A stretch of 64,000 nt of DNA from a bacterium (GCA_963637565.1 CAVHNT010000044.1:519-64518); one strand, 5' to 3'. Positions 40,532 to 50,208 are shown, counted from the stretch's first letter. Translations and numbers: made by a program. The notes: generated from the letters alone by a model not told the origin.

Positions 40532-43438
40532 ATGAAAGTACTTTTCGCTATGGGAAATGACCAAGTGTCAACAAATGTTGCCAATAGGTATTATGAAAAA
40601 TATGGAGAGGTTTTAGAATATAAGAATGTGTTCTTTTTTAAAGCTCTAATTGAAGAAGTAAAAAGAGATAAAACATATGACAGGATTGTAATAAGTGAGG
40701 AATTAGAACAATTTAGAGCAAAGGATTTAGAACAAGTAGATAGGTATTTATTTAATAGCATTGACAAGATAACAGATGAGATTCAGGACTCAGATATTAT
40801 ATTTATATGTTCAGATAGAAGAGAAAAAGGAGACGCTTTTGTAAGTAAGTTGTTTAGTATAGGTATTTACAACTTATTGCTTGGAGACGACAGAAATGTA
40901 AATCCTCTTTGTGAAATAATAAAAAAGCCTAAGAATAAAAGGGAAGCAAAACAGTATTTAAATATAGATGCATCATCAATTGTTAATACTTCGATGACAA
41001 CAGATGATGAGGTTGATGAATTCCAGATGAGAAGTATATTAAGCTTTTATGAAGGAATAAGAAATCAACCTGAAAAGTATTTGGAAACTTTTGACAGAAT
41101 AGCAGAGCAGTATAGCAGAAAACAATTAAAAATCATAGTTTCAATGCTACCAAAACAAATCACTGATGTGGTGTTACAGGCAGATAGATATAAGTATTTA
41201 GCATCTTTACCGCAACAAGATGCACCTACTCAAGTTGCCCAACCAACTCCTGTAAAAGAGCAAAAATCGAAGAGTGGAGGCTTTTTGGGTGTCTTTAGAA
41301 GGCATAAAGTAGAGCAACTTCAACCAAAAGTTGAAAAACAAGTTCCACCAGTGCAATCTATACAACAAGGTGGACAAGTTGATTTGAGTAGCAACGAGGA
41401 TGAGCAAAAGCAAGCAGAATTAATGGCTCGAGCTCGTGAAGAAGCTAAAGCGAGAGAAAAAGCCGAAGTCGAAGCCAAAAAGCAAGCAGAGCTTGCAGCT
41501 AAAGCAAAAGCTGAGGTAGAAGCAAGACAACAAGCAGAACTTGCAGCTAAAGCAAAAGCCGAAGTCGAAGCAAGGCAACAAGCAGAACTTGCAGCTAAAG
41601 CAAAAGCTGAGGTAGAAACAAGACAGCAAGCAGAACTTGCAGCCAAAGCAAAAGCTGAAGCAGAGGCAAGACAGCAAGCAGAGCTTGCAGCTAAAGCAAA
41701 AGCTGAAGCAGAGGCAAGACAGCAAGCAGAGCTTGCAGCTAAAGCAAAAGCTGAAGCAGAGGCAAGACAGCAAGCAGAGCTTGCAGCTAAAGCAAAAGCT
41801 GAAGCAGAGGCAAGACAGCAAGCAGAGCTTGCAGCTAAAGCAAAAGCTGAAGCAGAGGCAAGACAGCAAGCAGAGCTTGCAGCTAAAGCAAAAGCTGAAG
41901 CAGAGGCAAGACAGCAAGCAGAACTTGCAGCTAAAGCAAAAGCTGAAGCAGAGGCAAGACAGCAAGCAGAACTTGCAGCTAAAGCAAAAGCTGAAGCAGA
42001 GGCAAGACATAAAGCTGAATTAGATAAAATAGCTGCTGAAAGAAGAGAAAAAGAAAAACTTGCAGAATTAGCAAAAATAGAAGAACAAGAAAAGATTAAT
42101 GATATAGAAAAAGCCAAAAAAGATGCTGAACTTGCTGCAAAAGAACGTTTAGATCAAATGGCTAAAAATGAAAATGTAATTATAGAAGTAAAACCTAACT
42201 TGAATGCACCAGATAGACCAGTAGAACCTATTAAAAATGTACAACCAGTTTTACAAAAAACTTCTGATGCCATAAAAGCAAATTCTGAAAACAAGCAGCA
42301 AGAAACGACTACAACTAAAAAAGAAGAAGTTGTTAAAAATATTCAAGAAAACAAAAATGCAAATTTAGCTGTTGATGAAAGTCGTCAACAAAGTGTTAAA
42401 CCAAATTCAGTTGCTGTTTCAGAAGATGAGAAGAGAATGAAGGCAGAACAAGAAAAATTAGCAATGGAACAAAAGAGAATTAAAGAGGAACAGGCTAAGT
42501 TAGAGGAAGAAAAGAAAAGGTTAAGAGAAGAGCAAGAAAAACTTATAAATGCTCAAAATCAATTAAAAGCTAATGCTACAAATGAGTATAGTGCGCCACA
42601 ATATACTAATACTCCAGCAAATACACAAATTGCTCCTCTTGATTATAAAAAGATGGTTGTTTTTGTTGGTGCAAACAAAGTTGGTACAACATTTATTACA
42701 AATGCAATAGCTCACTCAATGGCAAATGCGAAGATAAATACATCAATATTGGATATGACTAGAGATAGAAGCATGTTTTATTTATACAATCAAAATGATA
42801 AAACATTAAGAAAAAGAGCAGAAGAGTGTATGCAAAAAGTAATGGATGGAGACGATTGCTATTTAGAAACAACAAATAGATATTTAAAAGTATACACCAC
42901 AATTCCAGGAACACTGACAGACCCACGAAGGGGTTATAAGCATAAAGCAATTATAGAAACAGTTAAATCAAACTGCAACTTAACGATTGTTGATGCTGAT
43001 TTTACAACACCAATTGATTACTTTGATCAAGCAAATGAAGTATATTTAGTCCAAGATTTAGATTTATTAAAAATGCCTGATACTACTCTATTTTTAAGAG
43101 AGTTAAAAAATAGAGGAATGGACATGAAAAAAATAAGAATAATAATTAATAAGTATGTAAAAACATCACTATCACAAAAACAAATTGTTCAGACATTATC
43201 ATCTTATAGTGATCCTAGTATGTCGTTTTATGATACGGTATTACCAGGAAAAGTCATGTCGTATATAGTACCTTACAACCTAAACAATTATGCTAAATAT
43301 GTTGATTCTGTTTGTAGTGGAGTGCTAAGTTACAAAGGATATTCAGCCGATTTTATGCAAGCAATAGACGAAATTGGCTCGGCAATATTTCCAAAAAATA
43401 ATCCTACTGGAAAAACTTCAAGGAGATTTTTTGGATAA
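40532..43438 (+). CDS. Large repeat-containing protein: N-terminal receiver-like domain, 16-aa tandem coiled-coil repeats, C-terminal degenerate ParA/MinD (CpaE/TadZ-like) domain
   Basis: The N-terminus is MKVLFAMGNDQ.... There are about 12 near-identical AELAAKAKAEAEARQQ units. The C-terminus has KKMVVFVGANKVGTTFITNAIAHS (a deviant P-loop) ... NLTIVDADFTTP (Walker-B-like) ... IRIIINKY. Confidence 0.5.
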   Translation: MKVLFAMGNDQVSTNVANRYYEKYGEVLEYKNVFFFKALIEEVKRDKTYDRIVISEELEQFRAKDLEQVDRYLFNSIDKITDEIQDSDIIFICSDRREKGDAFVSKLFSIGIYNLLLGDDRNVNPLCEIIKKPKNKREAKQYLNIDASSIVNTSMTTDDEVDEFQMRSILSFYEGIRNQPEKYLETFDRIAEQYSRKQLKIIVSMLPKQITDVVLQADRYKYLASLPQQDAPTQVAQPTPVKEQKSKSGGFLGVFRRHKVEQLQPKVEKQVPPVQSIQQGGQVDLSSNEDEQKQAELMARAREEAKAREKAEVEAKKQAELAAKAKAEVEARQQAELAAKAKAEVEARQQAELAAKAKAEVETRQQAELAAKAKAEAEARQQAELAAKAKAEAEARQQAELAAKAKAEAEARQQAELAAKAKAEAEARQQAELAAKAKAEAEARQQAELAAKAKAEAEARQQAELAAKAKAEAEARQQAELAAKAKAEAEARHKAELDKIAAERREKEKLAELAKIEEQEKINDIEKAKKDAELAAKERLDQMAKNENVIIEVKPNLNAPDRPVEPIKNVQPVLQKTSDAIKANSENKQQETTTTKKEEVVKNIQENKNANLAVDESRQQSVKPNSVAVSEDEKRMKAEQEKLAMEQKRIKEEQAKLEEEKKRLREEQEKLINAQNQLKANATNEYSAPQYTNTPANTQIAPLDYKKMVVFVGANKVGTTFITNAIAHSMANAKINTSILDMTRDRSMFYLYNQNDKTLRKRAEECMQKVMDGDDCYLETTNRYLKVYTTIPGTLTDPRRGYKHKAIIETVKSNCNLTIVDADFTTPIDYFDQANEVYLVQDLDLLKMPDTTLFLRELKNRGMDMKKIRIIINKYVKTSLSQKQIVQTLSSYSDPSMSFYDTVLPGKVMSYIVPYNLNNYAKYVDSVCSGVLSYKGYSADFMQAIDEIGSAIFPKNNPTGKTSRRFFG
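41435..42010 (+). repeat. 48-bp tandem repeat array (about 12 units) inside CDS 40532-43438
   Basis: The unit is GCAGAGCTTGCAGCTAAAGCAAAAGCTGAAGCAGAGGCAAGACAGCAA. Five consecutive units (41675-41914) are 100% identical, and the outer units carry 1-4 substitutions. Confidence 0.9.
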
Positions 43439-43450
43439 AGGAGGGATAAA

Positions 43451-43711
43451 ATGGATTCAGAGAATACAATATTTTTTAAGGTGGAAAAAGAAAAGAAAGC
43501 TAATTCGAAGCAAATATTAAGACAAGTATATGAAGCATTAGTTGAAAAGGGCTATGATCCAATAAATCAGATTGTTGGATATATTCTTTCTGGAGATCCA
43601 ACATATATAACTAGCCATAAAGATTCAAGAAGTTTGATCCGTCAATTAGAAAGAGATGAACTTCTAGAAGAACTAGTAAAAGAATATATTGGAGTTAACG
43701 AAGAAAAATGA
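43451..43711 (+). CDS. ireB: UPF0297 protein IreB (YrzL)
   Basis: [53 protein letters not shown] matches the IreB/YrzL family. Confidence 0.85.
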   Translation: MDSENTIFFKVEKEKKANSKQILRQVYEALVEKGYDPINQIVGYILSGDPTYITSHKDSRSLIRQLERDELLEELVKEYIGVNEEK

Positions 43712-44118
43712 GAATAATTGGTTTAGACTATGGAGAAGCAAGAACTGGTGTTGCGATATCTGACGCATTAGGTATAACTGCACAGGGACTTGAATCTATT
43801 GAGCATGGCGAAAGTGAAAAAAAACTGTTGAACAGACTTGAAGAAATCATAAAAGAACATAATGTAGAAAAAATCGTTATAGGATATCCACTAAATATGA
43901 ATGCAACTAAAGGCCCAAGAGTTCAAAAAACAGACAAGTTTATTGAGAAACTTGTAAATAGATTTCACTTAGAAGTGATTAAAATAGATGAACGATTGAC
44001 AACGGTTTCTGCACATAGAACAATGCAAGAGCTAGCTATAGGTAAAGACAAAAAAAGAAAGATTGTAGATACTATATCTGCTCAATACATATTGCAGATG
44101 TATCTAGATAGAAATTAA
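43708..44118 (+). CDS. ruvX: Putative pre-16S rRNA nuclease / Holliday junction resolvase-like YqgF (RuvX)
   Basis: [19 protein letters not shown]...[13 protein letters not shown] are the YqgF motifs. Confidence 0.9.
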   Translation: MRIIGLDYGEARTGVAISDALGITAQGLESIEHGESEKKLLNRLEEIIKEHNVEKIVIGYPLNMNATKGPRVQKTDKFIEKLVNRFHLEVIKIDERLTTVSAHRTMQELAIGKDKKRKIVDTISAQYILQMYLDRN

Positions 44119-44139
44119 AAGAAATGAAAGGAGAAAAAA

Positions 44140-44457
44140 ATGGACGATAACATGAACAATAATGATGAATTTGAAGGAATGGAAGATTTTGATGAATTAG
44201 ACAATAAAATCATATTAAATGATGAAGATGGAAATGAAGTTGAATTTGAATTCTTAGATGTAGTAGAAGTTGACGGAACAGAATATGTTGTATTATTACC
44301 AGTAGAAGAAGCTGATAAAGGCGAAGTAGTAATATTCAGAATCGAAGGCGAAGGTGAAGATGAAAGTTACGTTAGCCTAGAAGATGAAGAAGAAGCAGAA
44401 AAAGTATTCGAAGCATTTAAAGAAAAGACAAAAGACGAATTTGACTTTGTAGACTAA
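44140..44457 (+). CDS. DUF1292 family acidic protein (YrzB)
   Basis: It is a small, very acidic protein in the conserved position after ruvX. Confidence 0.7.
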   Translation: MDDNMNNNDEFEGMEDFDELDNKIILNDEDGNEVEFEFLDVVEVDGTEYVVLLPVEEADKGEVVIFRIEGEGEDESYVSLEDEEEAEKVFEAFKEKTKDEFDFVD

Positions 44458-44477
44458 TTTAGAGTAGTTAAAATTGA

Positions 44478-44506
44478 CTCGTATGGATTAAAACCATGCG
44501 AGTTTT
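44478..44506 (+). terminator. Intrinsic terminator after DUF1292 gene
   Basis: The hairpin CTCGTATGG-ATTAAAA-CCATGCGAG is followed by TTTTTCT. Confidence 0.5.
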
Positions 44507-44517
44507 TCTATGTTAGA

Positions 44518-44610
44518 GTTTTTTTTCCTTTCATTAGAAAACTTTCGAAGGTAAAATCGGATATTTTCTTCTTTCTTGTGCGACAGGAAAATAACAGGAT
44601 TTTGCAATTC
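44518..44610 (+). repeat. Degenerate copy of the composite intergenic repeat (B-like then A-like fragment)
   Basis: CCTTTCATTAGAAAACTTTCGAAGGTAAAATCGGATATTTTCTTCTTTCTTG resembles module B. GACAGGAAAATAACAGGATTTTGCAA resembles the module A left arm. Confidence 0.5.
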
Positions 44611-44622
44611 TGTAAACATAAT

Positions 44623-44651
44623 TATTGAAAAATATGGAAAATTATAGTATA
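44623..44651 (+). promoter_or_regulatory. Consensus sigma-A promoter (TTGAAA-17-TATAAT)
   Basis: TTGAAAAATATGGAAAATTATAGTATAAT precedes the YnbB-like gene. Confidence 0.55.
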
Positions 44652-44678
44652 ATGTGTCGAGATGAAAGGATGGGTAAA

Positions 44679-45899
44679 ATGGATGAATTAATAGGACAAT
44701 TAGAGGAAGATATAAAAGAACAATTTGAAATAAATGAAAAGATTGAGTTTGAAAATTCCAAAAAGGTGTTAGAGGCTTTTAAAAAGTATCAAATAAGTGA
44801 AGCACATTTACATGGAACCACAGGTTACGGATATGACGATATGGGAAGAGATGCAATAGAAAAAGTGTATGCTGAAATATTTAAAGCTGAGGATGCTTTA
44901 GTAAGAATGCAATTTATCTCAGGTACACATACAATATCTACAACTATGTTTGGAATATTAAGACCTGGAGATACAGTGCTTAGTATAAATGGAAAGCCTT
45001 ATGATACTCTTGACGAAACGTTAGGAGTAAGGGAAAATCCAAGTTCTTTAAAGGCTTTGGGTGTAAAATATGAACAAATAGATTTATTGTCAAATAATAA
45101 ATTTGATTTGAAGGCTATAGAAAGAAGAGTTGCCGAAAAGAATGTAAAGCTAGTAATAATGCAACGTTCAAGAGGTTATGCTTATAGAAATGCATTTTTA
45201 ATAAGTGAATTAGAAGAAGCCATAAATGTTGTAAAGAAAGCAGATCCAAATACTTTAGTTATGGTTGATAATTGCTATGGGGAATTTACTGAAGAAAGAG
45301 AGCCAATTGAAGCTGGAGCAGATGTCGCTGTTGGTTCACTTATTAAAAATATAGGTGGTGGAATCGCACCAACAGGTGGATATGTAGTTGGAAAAAAAGA
45401 GCTTATTGAATTAATAAGTGACAGATATAGCGCACCAGGTTTAGGCAAAGAAGGTGGTGCGACTTTTGATTTTAATAGAAAAGTATTGCAGGGATTGTTT
45501 TTTGCACCACATATTGTTTGTGAAAGCAAAAAAATAGGAATATTTGCTGCGAGATTGTTAGAAAAACTAGGATATGAAGTTTCACCAAGATATGATGAGA
45601 AAAGATCAGATATAGTGCAAATGATTAAATTTAGAGATCCTAATAAACTAATTAAGTTTTGTCAAGGAATACAATCAAATTCACCAGTAGATTCTTTTGC
45701 AATGCCAGAGCCTTGTGATATGGCTGGATATGACAGTAAAATTATAATGGCAGCAGGAGCATTTACATCTGGTTCTTCAATAGAACTAAGTTGTGACGGT
45801 CCATTAAGAGAGCCATATGTAGGTTATTTGCAAGGTGGGCTTACATATAATTATGGAAAAATTGCTGTAATTGAAACAGTAAAGAAAATGAATGAGTAG
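44679..45899 (+). CDS. Aluminium-resistance-family PLP-dependent enzyme (YnbB / Met_gamma_lyase family)
   Basis: LHGTTGYGYDDMGRD...FISGTHTI...GSLIKNIGGGIAPTGGY are the family motifs. The start may be 44670 or 44679. Confidence 0.7.
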   Translation: MDELIGQLEEDIKEQFEINEKIEFENSKKVLEAFKKYQISEAHLHGTTGYGYDDMGRDAIEKVYAEIFKAEDALVRMQFISGTHTISTTMFGILRPGDTVLSINGKPYDTLDETLGVRENPSSLKALGVKYEQIDLLSNNKFDLKAIERRVAEKNVKLVIMQRSRGYAYRNAFLISELEEAINVVKKADPNTLVMVDNCYGEFTEEREPIEAGADVAVGSLIKNIGGGIAPTGGYVVGKKELIELISDRYSAPGLGKEGGATFDFNRKVLQGLFFAPHIVCESKKIGIFAARLLEKLGYEVSPRYDEKRSDIVQMIKFRDPNKLIKFCQGIQSNSPVDSFAMPEPCDMAGYDSKIIMAAGAFTSGSSIELSCDGPLREPYVGYLQGGLTYNYGKIAVIETVKKMNE

Positions 45900-45908
45900 G
45901 AGAAAAAA

Positions 45909-47141
45909 ATGGACGTTATTGTAATTGGCGGTGGTGCTGCTGGAATGATGGCAGCCATAATGTCTGCTAGAAATGGAAATAATGTTACTATACTTGAAAA
46001 AATGAGAAGTATGGGAAGGAAGTTATCTATCACAGGTAAAGGTAGATGTAATATAACAAATGCTACCGACATGGAAAATTTCATAAAAAATGTTCCTGGA
46101 AATGGAAAGTTTTTGTACAGTGCTTTTAGCCAATTTACTAATCAAGATGTGATAAACTTTTTTAATGAAATAGGAGTGAAGACAAAAGTAGAGAGGGGAG
46201 AAAGAGTATTTCCTGTTTCAGATAGTGCTATGGAAGTTATAGATAAACTAAAAAAAGAACTAGAAAAAAGAAAAGTTAAAGTCATTGTAAATTCAAAAGT
46301 TGAAGAAATCTTAGTTGAAAACGGCTGTGTAACTGGCGTAAGATCAGAAAATAATATATATAAGTGTGATAAAGTAATTTTAGCGACTGGAGGAAAAAGC
46401 TATCCTTCAACGGGTTCAACTGGTGATGGTTACAAAATGGCAGAAGCTTTGGAACATACAATAGTAAAACCAAAAGCATCATTAGTACCTCTAGAATTGT
46501 ATGAAAAAGATATAATTGAATTACAAGGACTTTCATTAAAAAATGTATCTATAAAATTAGTAGATAATCAAAAAGTTGTGTATGAAGACTTCGGAGAAAT
46601 GTTATTTACACATTTTGGCGTATCGGGACCAATAGTATTAAGCTCAAGTGCACATTTATTAAGAGTGAAAAATATAGAGGAAAAATTGAAAAACAAAGAT
46701 ATTGTATTTTCAATAGATTTAAAGCCCGCATTAACATTTGAAAAATTAGATACAAGGATACAAAGAGATTTTGAAAAATATACAAGAAAACAATTTAAGA
46801 ACAGTTTGAATGATTTGTTACCAAGTAAGATGATAGATTACATTATAAAAAAATCTGATATACCAGAGGATAAGCAAACAGATCAATTAACAAAAGAGGA
46901 AAGACGAAAGTTAGTACAATTATTAAAGAACTTAGAGTTTAAAGTAAAAGGATTTAGACCAATAGAAGAAGCTATAATAACAGCTGGTGGCATAAACATC
47001 AAGGAAATAAATTCATCAACGATGGAATCTAAATTAGTAAAAGGACTTTATTTCGCTGGAGAAATAATAGATGTAGATGCTTATACAGGGGGATTTAATC
47101 TACAGATAGCATTTAGTACCGCATATATAGCAGCAAAGTAA
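45909..47141 (+). CDS. HI0933/YhiN-family NAD(P)/FAD-dependent oxidoreductase
   Basis: MDVIVIGGGAAGMMAAI is an FAD Rossmann motif. TGKGRCNITN is the HI0933-family signature. Confidence 0.8.
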   Translation: MDVIVIGGGAAGMMAAIMSARNGNNVTILEKMRSMGRKLSITGKGRCNITNATDMENFIKNVPGNGKFLYSAFSQFTNQDVINFFNEIGVKTKVERGERVFPVSDSAMEVIDKLKKELEKRKVKVIVNSKVEEILVENGCVTGVRSENNIYKCDKVILATGGKSYPSTGSTGDGYKMAEALEHTIVKPKASLVPLELYEKDIIELQGLSLKNVSIKLVDNQKVVYEDFGEMLFTHFGVSGPIVLSSSAHLLRVKNIEEKLKNKDIVFSIDLKPALTFEKLDTRIQRDFEKYTRKQFKNSLNDLLPSKMIDYIIKKSDIPEDKQTDQLTKEERRKLVQLLKNLEFKVKGFRPIEEAIITAGGINIKEINSSTMESKLVKGLYFAGEIIDVDAYTGGFNLQIAFSTAYIAAK

Positions 47142-47222
47142 TGTCGAAAAATGACGAACGAAAAAGCTTGAAAAAACACTATAAAAATATAAAATTGTAA
47201 ATTAAAGGGAGAAAAAATATAT

Positions 47223-47843
47223 ATGCTAAATACTTTCTATACTATAAAAGAAGATGAATATTCAGCAGAACTTATAGAAAAAAAATCAAAATTCATTGCA
47301 ACTTTACTAAAAGTGTCGTCTGAAGAACAAGCTGTTGAAATTATTGAAAAGATAAGAAAAAAGTATAGAGATGCTAAGCATAATGTATTTGCTTACCGAA
47401 TTGCTAACACACTAGAAAGATATAGTGATGACGGTGAACCAAGTGGAACAGCAGGAGTACCAATATTAGATATTTTAAGAGGCGAAAAACTTGAAAATGT
47501 TTTAGTAGTTGTTACACGTTACTTTGGTGGAATACTATTAGGTACAGGTGGGTTAGTAAGGGCATACAGTACAGTTGCAAAACAAGCAATAGCTGATGCT
47601 GTTAAGATAGAAATGAAATTAAGCAATGAATATGAGGTCGTAGTAGATTACAATTTCCATAACATTTTGCAACATTACTTTAGGGAAAATTCAATAATTA
47701 TTAAAGATACTATTTTTTCTGATAAAGTTAGCATTAATATCATTGTATATACTGAAAAATCAGAAGGTTTAATGGATAAAATTATTGAAAAAACAGAGGG
47801 AACAGCGAAAGTGATATTAAAAGAAACATATTATCACGAATAA
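47223..47843 (+). CDS. YigZ/IMPACT family protein (UPF0029)
   Basis: KKSKFIATL...HNVFAYRI...GEPSGTAGVPIL...VVVTRYFGGILLGTGGLVRAY are the YigZ motifs. Confidence 0.8.
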   Translation: MLNTFYTIKEDEYSAELIEKKSKFIATLLKVSSEEQAVEIIEKIRKKYRDAKHNVFAYRIANTLERYSDDGEPSGTAGVPILDILRGEKLENVLVVVTRYFGGILLGTGGLVRAYSTVAKQAIADAVKIEMKLSNEYEVVVDYNFHNILQHYFRENSIIIKDTIFSDKVSINIIVYTEKSEGLMDKIIEKTEGTAKVILKETYYHE

Positions 47844-47866
47844 ATGGAAAAATATTACAATTTAAT

Positions 47867-47895
47867 ATTGCTTTTTCCAAATTTTGGTAGTATAC
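47867..47895 (+). promoter_or_regulatory. Putative sigma-A promoter upstream of spo0A
   Basis: TTGCTT, a 17-nt spacer, then TATACT. A 0A-box-like TGTCAAA lies downstream. Confidence 0.35.
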
Positions 47896-47977
47896 TTTGG
47901 ATGTAGTGATAAAGTAACTTATTTGGCGTACAATAAAATGTCAAATAAGGACTAAAATGTTAGGAGGAATTTGAAAA

Positions 47978-48775
47978 ATGCAAGAAAAAATTAAAGTTGT
48001 AATAGCAGATGACAACGTAGAATTTGCAGAAATAGTTAAAAATTTTCTGAATCAAAAAGAGGATATTGAAGTAATAGATATAGCAAAGGATGGAGAAGAA
48101 GCTGTTAAGATATTAAAAGAAAAAGAACCAGATGTAGCACTGCTTGATGTTATAATGCCACAATTAGATGGAATAGGCGTTCTTGAAAAGTTAAATGCAA
48201 TGCCTAAAAAGTTAAAAACTAATTTCATAATGTTATCAGCAATTGGTCAAGATATTATAACACAAAAGACAGTTGTGCTTGGTGCACAGTACTATATGCT
48301 AAAACCTTTTGATTTGGAATTACTTGCAAAAAGGCTAAGAGAAATAAAACATGGTATGGTAGAAGCTCCTAAATATGTTGGAATACCACTAAAAAAATCT
48401 ACATACATAACAGATGGAAAAGATACCCTTGAAACATCAATAACAAATATAATACATGAAGTTGGCGTACCTGCTCACATAAAAGGTTATCAATACATAA
48501 GAGAAGCAATTACATTAGCTGTAAATGATATGGATGTAATTAATTCTATCACGAAACAATTGTATCCGACACTTGCAAAGAAATTCAAAACAACTCCATC
48601 AAGAGTAGAAAGGGCAATACGTCACGCAATAGAAGTTGCATGGACTCGTGGTAGTATGGATGCAAATAATGAAATGTTCGGAAACACAATATCAGCCACC
48701 AAAGGCAAGCCAACGAATTCAGAATTCATAGCAATGATAGCAGATAAGCTAAGACTTGAAATGAAATCAGCATAA
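47978..48775 (+). CDS. spo0A: Stage 0 sporulation protein A (master sporulation response regulator)
   Basis: A receiver domain (VVIADDN...DVIMPQLDG) is followed by the Spo0A-specific C-terminus [15 protein letters not shown]...[33 protein letters not shown]. Confidence 0.95.
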   Translation: MQEKIKVVIADDNVEFAEIVKNFLNQKEDIEVIDIAKDGEEAVKILKEKEPDVALLDVIMPQLDGIGVLEKLNAMPKKLKTNFIMLSAIGQDIITQKTVVLGAQYYMLKPFDLELLAKRLREIKHGMVEAPKYVGIPLKKSTYITDGKDTLETSITNIIHEVGVPAHIKGYQYIREAITLAVNDMDVINSITKQLYPTLAKKFKTTPSRVERAIRHAIEVAWTRGSMDANNEMFGNTISATKGKPTNSEFIAMIADKLRLEMKSA

Positions 48776-48899
48776 TGCTTGTGTGAGAACGATTACAAGA
48801 TTTAATAAACCTATAAAGTCTATAAAAATACATATAAAAATCCACAATGAAACCAATAAATATAAAAAGTAAAAGCCTATAAACTTTTATGATTTATGG

Positions 48900-48940
48900 G
48901 GTAAGAAAATAAAAAACTTTTCCAATTTATTTAAGAATTT
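48900..48940 (+). repeat. 41-bp direct repeat, copy 1 (identical copy at 50130-50170)
   Basis: GGTAAGAAAATAAAAAACTTTTCCAATTTATTTAAGAATTT recurs exactly at 50130-50170. Confidence 0.9.
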
Positions 48941-49001
48941 GTTTTACAAGTTAAAAACAAATTTTAAGTAAAGGGGAGAAGTTTTTTGTAATATAATTAA
49001 G

Positions 49002-49193
49002 TTGCAACACCAAAATATAAAACGAAAGAAGGCAATTATCAAGGCAAAAGAAAATAAAATTTTTGGAAATGGAACAATAGATAATTTGGTGGTGGTTGGA
49101 ATAGATGGAACAGGGATAGATGTTATTGTAGAAGATGCAATATACTTAGAAGAAAAATTTTTAAAGATTCCTGATTGGTTACGAAAAATTTGA
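49002..49193 (+). CDS. Hypothetical small protein (63 aa, TTG start)
   Basis: The ORF has weak start signals and no recognised motif. Confidence 0.25.
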   Translation: MQHQNIKRKKAIIKAKENKIFGNGTIDNLVVVGIDGTGIDVIVEDAIYLEEKFLKIPDWLRKI

Positions 49194-49268
49194 CAAAATA
49201 TATTAAAGGTAGTACAATTAATGTAATAATTGTCGTAAAGCTTTTAATTTAGAGGGGAGAGGATAACT

Positions 49269-50045
49269 ATGAAAAATATTGATTTAATGTTAGTTAGAGG
49301 GCATGAAATCTCTTTTGAAATTGTTGATAACGAAAAGGGTAATAGTGAAATAACAGCAATTTCAGATAGTACGGCTAGAATTCTTTGGCTTGAACTAAAT
49401 AGAGCTGGTAAAGTAATTCATTCTAAAGAAAAAGGTGCAAATGGAACTCGTCTTGAAAAAAAAGTTATATTAGGTGGAACTGCTACCAAGGAAACAGGCT
49501 ATTTAAATTATAAAAATACAAAAGTTGGAGAATTTGAGATACAGAATATTAGAGGCCTTGAAGGAAAAAAGGTTAAAGAAATTTCTAGGTTTGATAATGG
49601 GTTGGAAGTTGAAGAGGAAATGAATTCGTTTGGTGGAAATAATCAAAATTATATGAAAAAAGTTAATGGTATTCCTGCTTTTTCTATGAGACGAACGGAT
49701 GATGGAATTACACTTACTCGTTATGATCGTGTGGGTAACAAACTTGAGGACTTTTATTATGATAAGTATGGAATGCCGGTGGATAGAAATGGTATAAATT
49801 TTCCGGGTGTGTATGGATATGAAACACTGGATAGTATAGACATGGACAATGAATATGTAATGGCAGATTTGATTTTAAATGATTTTGTTCAAGATATAGG
49901 TATACCTATAGATATGAGAGATATGGTGAGAGAGACAGAACAAACGAGATATAAAGAAACCCCTGTAGTAAGTATAGTAAAGGAAAATATTATGGAGAAT
50001 ATTAGGACAATTGGAGATAATGAAAAAGACACAGATGATAGATAA
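49269..50045 (+). CDS. Hypothetical protein (258 aa)
   Basis: RBS GAGGGGAGAGG is present. No recognised motif. It lies inside the segment bounded by the 41-bp direct repeats. Confidence 0.45.
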   Translation: MKNIDLMLVRGHEISFEIVDNEKGNSEITAISDSTARILWLELNRAGKVIHSKEKGANGTRLEKKVILGGTATKETGYLNYKNTKVGEFEIQNIRGLEGKKVKEISRFDNGLEVEEEMNSFGGNNQNYMKKVNGIPAFSMRRTDDGITLTRYDRVGNKLEDFYYDKYGMPVDRNGINFPGVYGYETLDSIDMDNEYVMADLILNDFVQDIGIPIDMRDMVRETEQTRYKETPVVSIVKENIMENIRTIGDNEKDTDDR

Positions 50046-50129
50046 AAAATATATGCATACTAATTAATCTTGACATGTACTCTTTATTTGCTTTATATTG
50101 AAGAAACTTTTCAAAGTAATAATTTGGTT

Positions 50130-50170
50130 GGTAAGAAAATAAAAAACTTTTCCAATTTATTTAAGAATTT
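50130..50170 (+). repeat. 41-bp direct repeat, copy 2
   Basis: It is identical to 48900-48940. Confidence 0.9.
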
Positions 50171-50179
50171 TGGTGCAAT

Positions 50180-50208
50180 TTAGTTTACAGTGATAAAGAC
50201 CTATGATA
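50180..50208 (+). promoter_or_regulatory. Sigma-A-like promoter (TTTACA-17-TATACT) upstream of ankyrin gene
   Basis: TTTACAGTGATAAAGACCTATGATATACT. Confidence 0.45.

Noticed and set aside
41320-42117. Minus-strand and alternative-frame ORFs (41320-42117, 41420-42010, 41637-42023) across the 48-bp repeat array
   Set aside because: They are artefacts of the tandem repeat. Every frame of a perfect repeat with no stop in the unit stays open. The plus-strand frame is continuous with the flanking domains of the 970-aa protein.
47940-47977. Sigma-H-type promoter (AGGACTA…GGAAT) upstream of spo0A
   Set aside because: The match overlaps the RBS AGGAGG and is too close to the start codon to be a promoter. 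The sigma-A-like TTGCTT-17-TATACT further upstream is retained instead.
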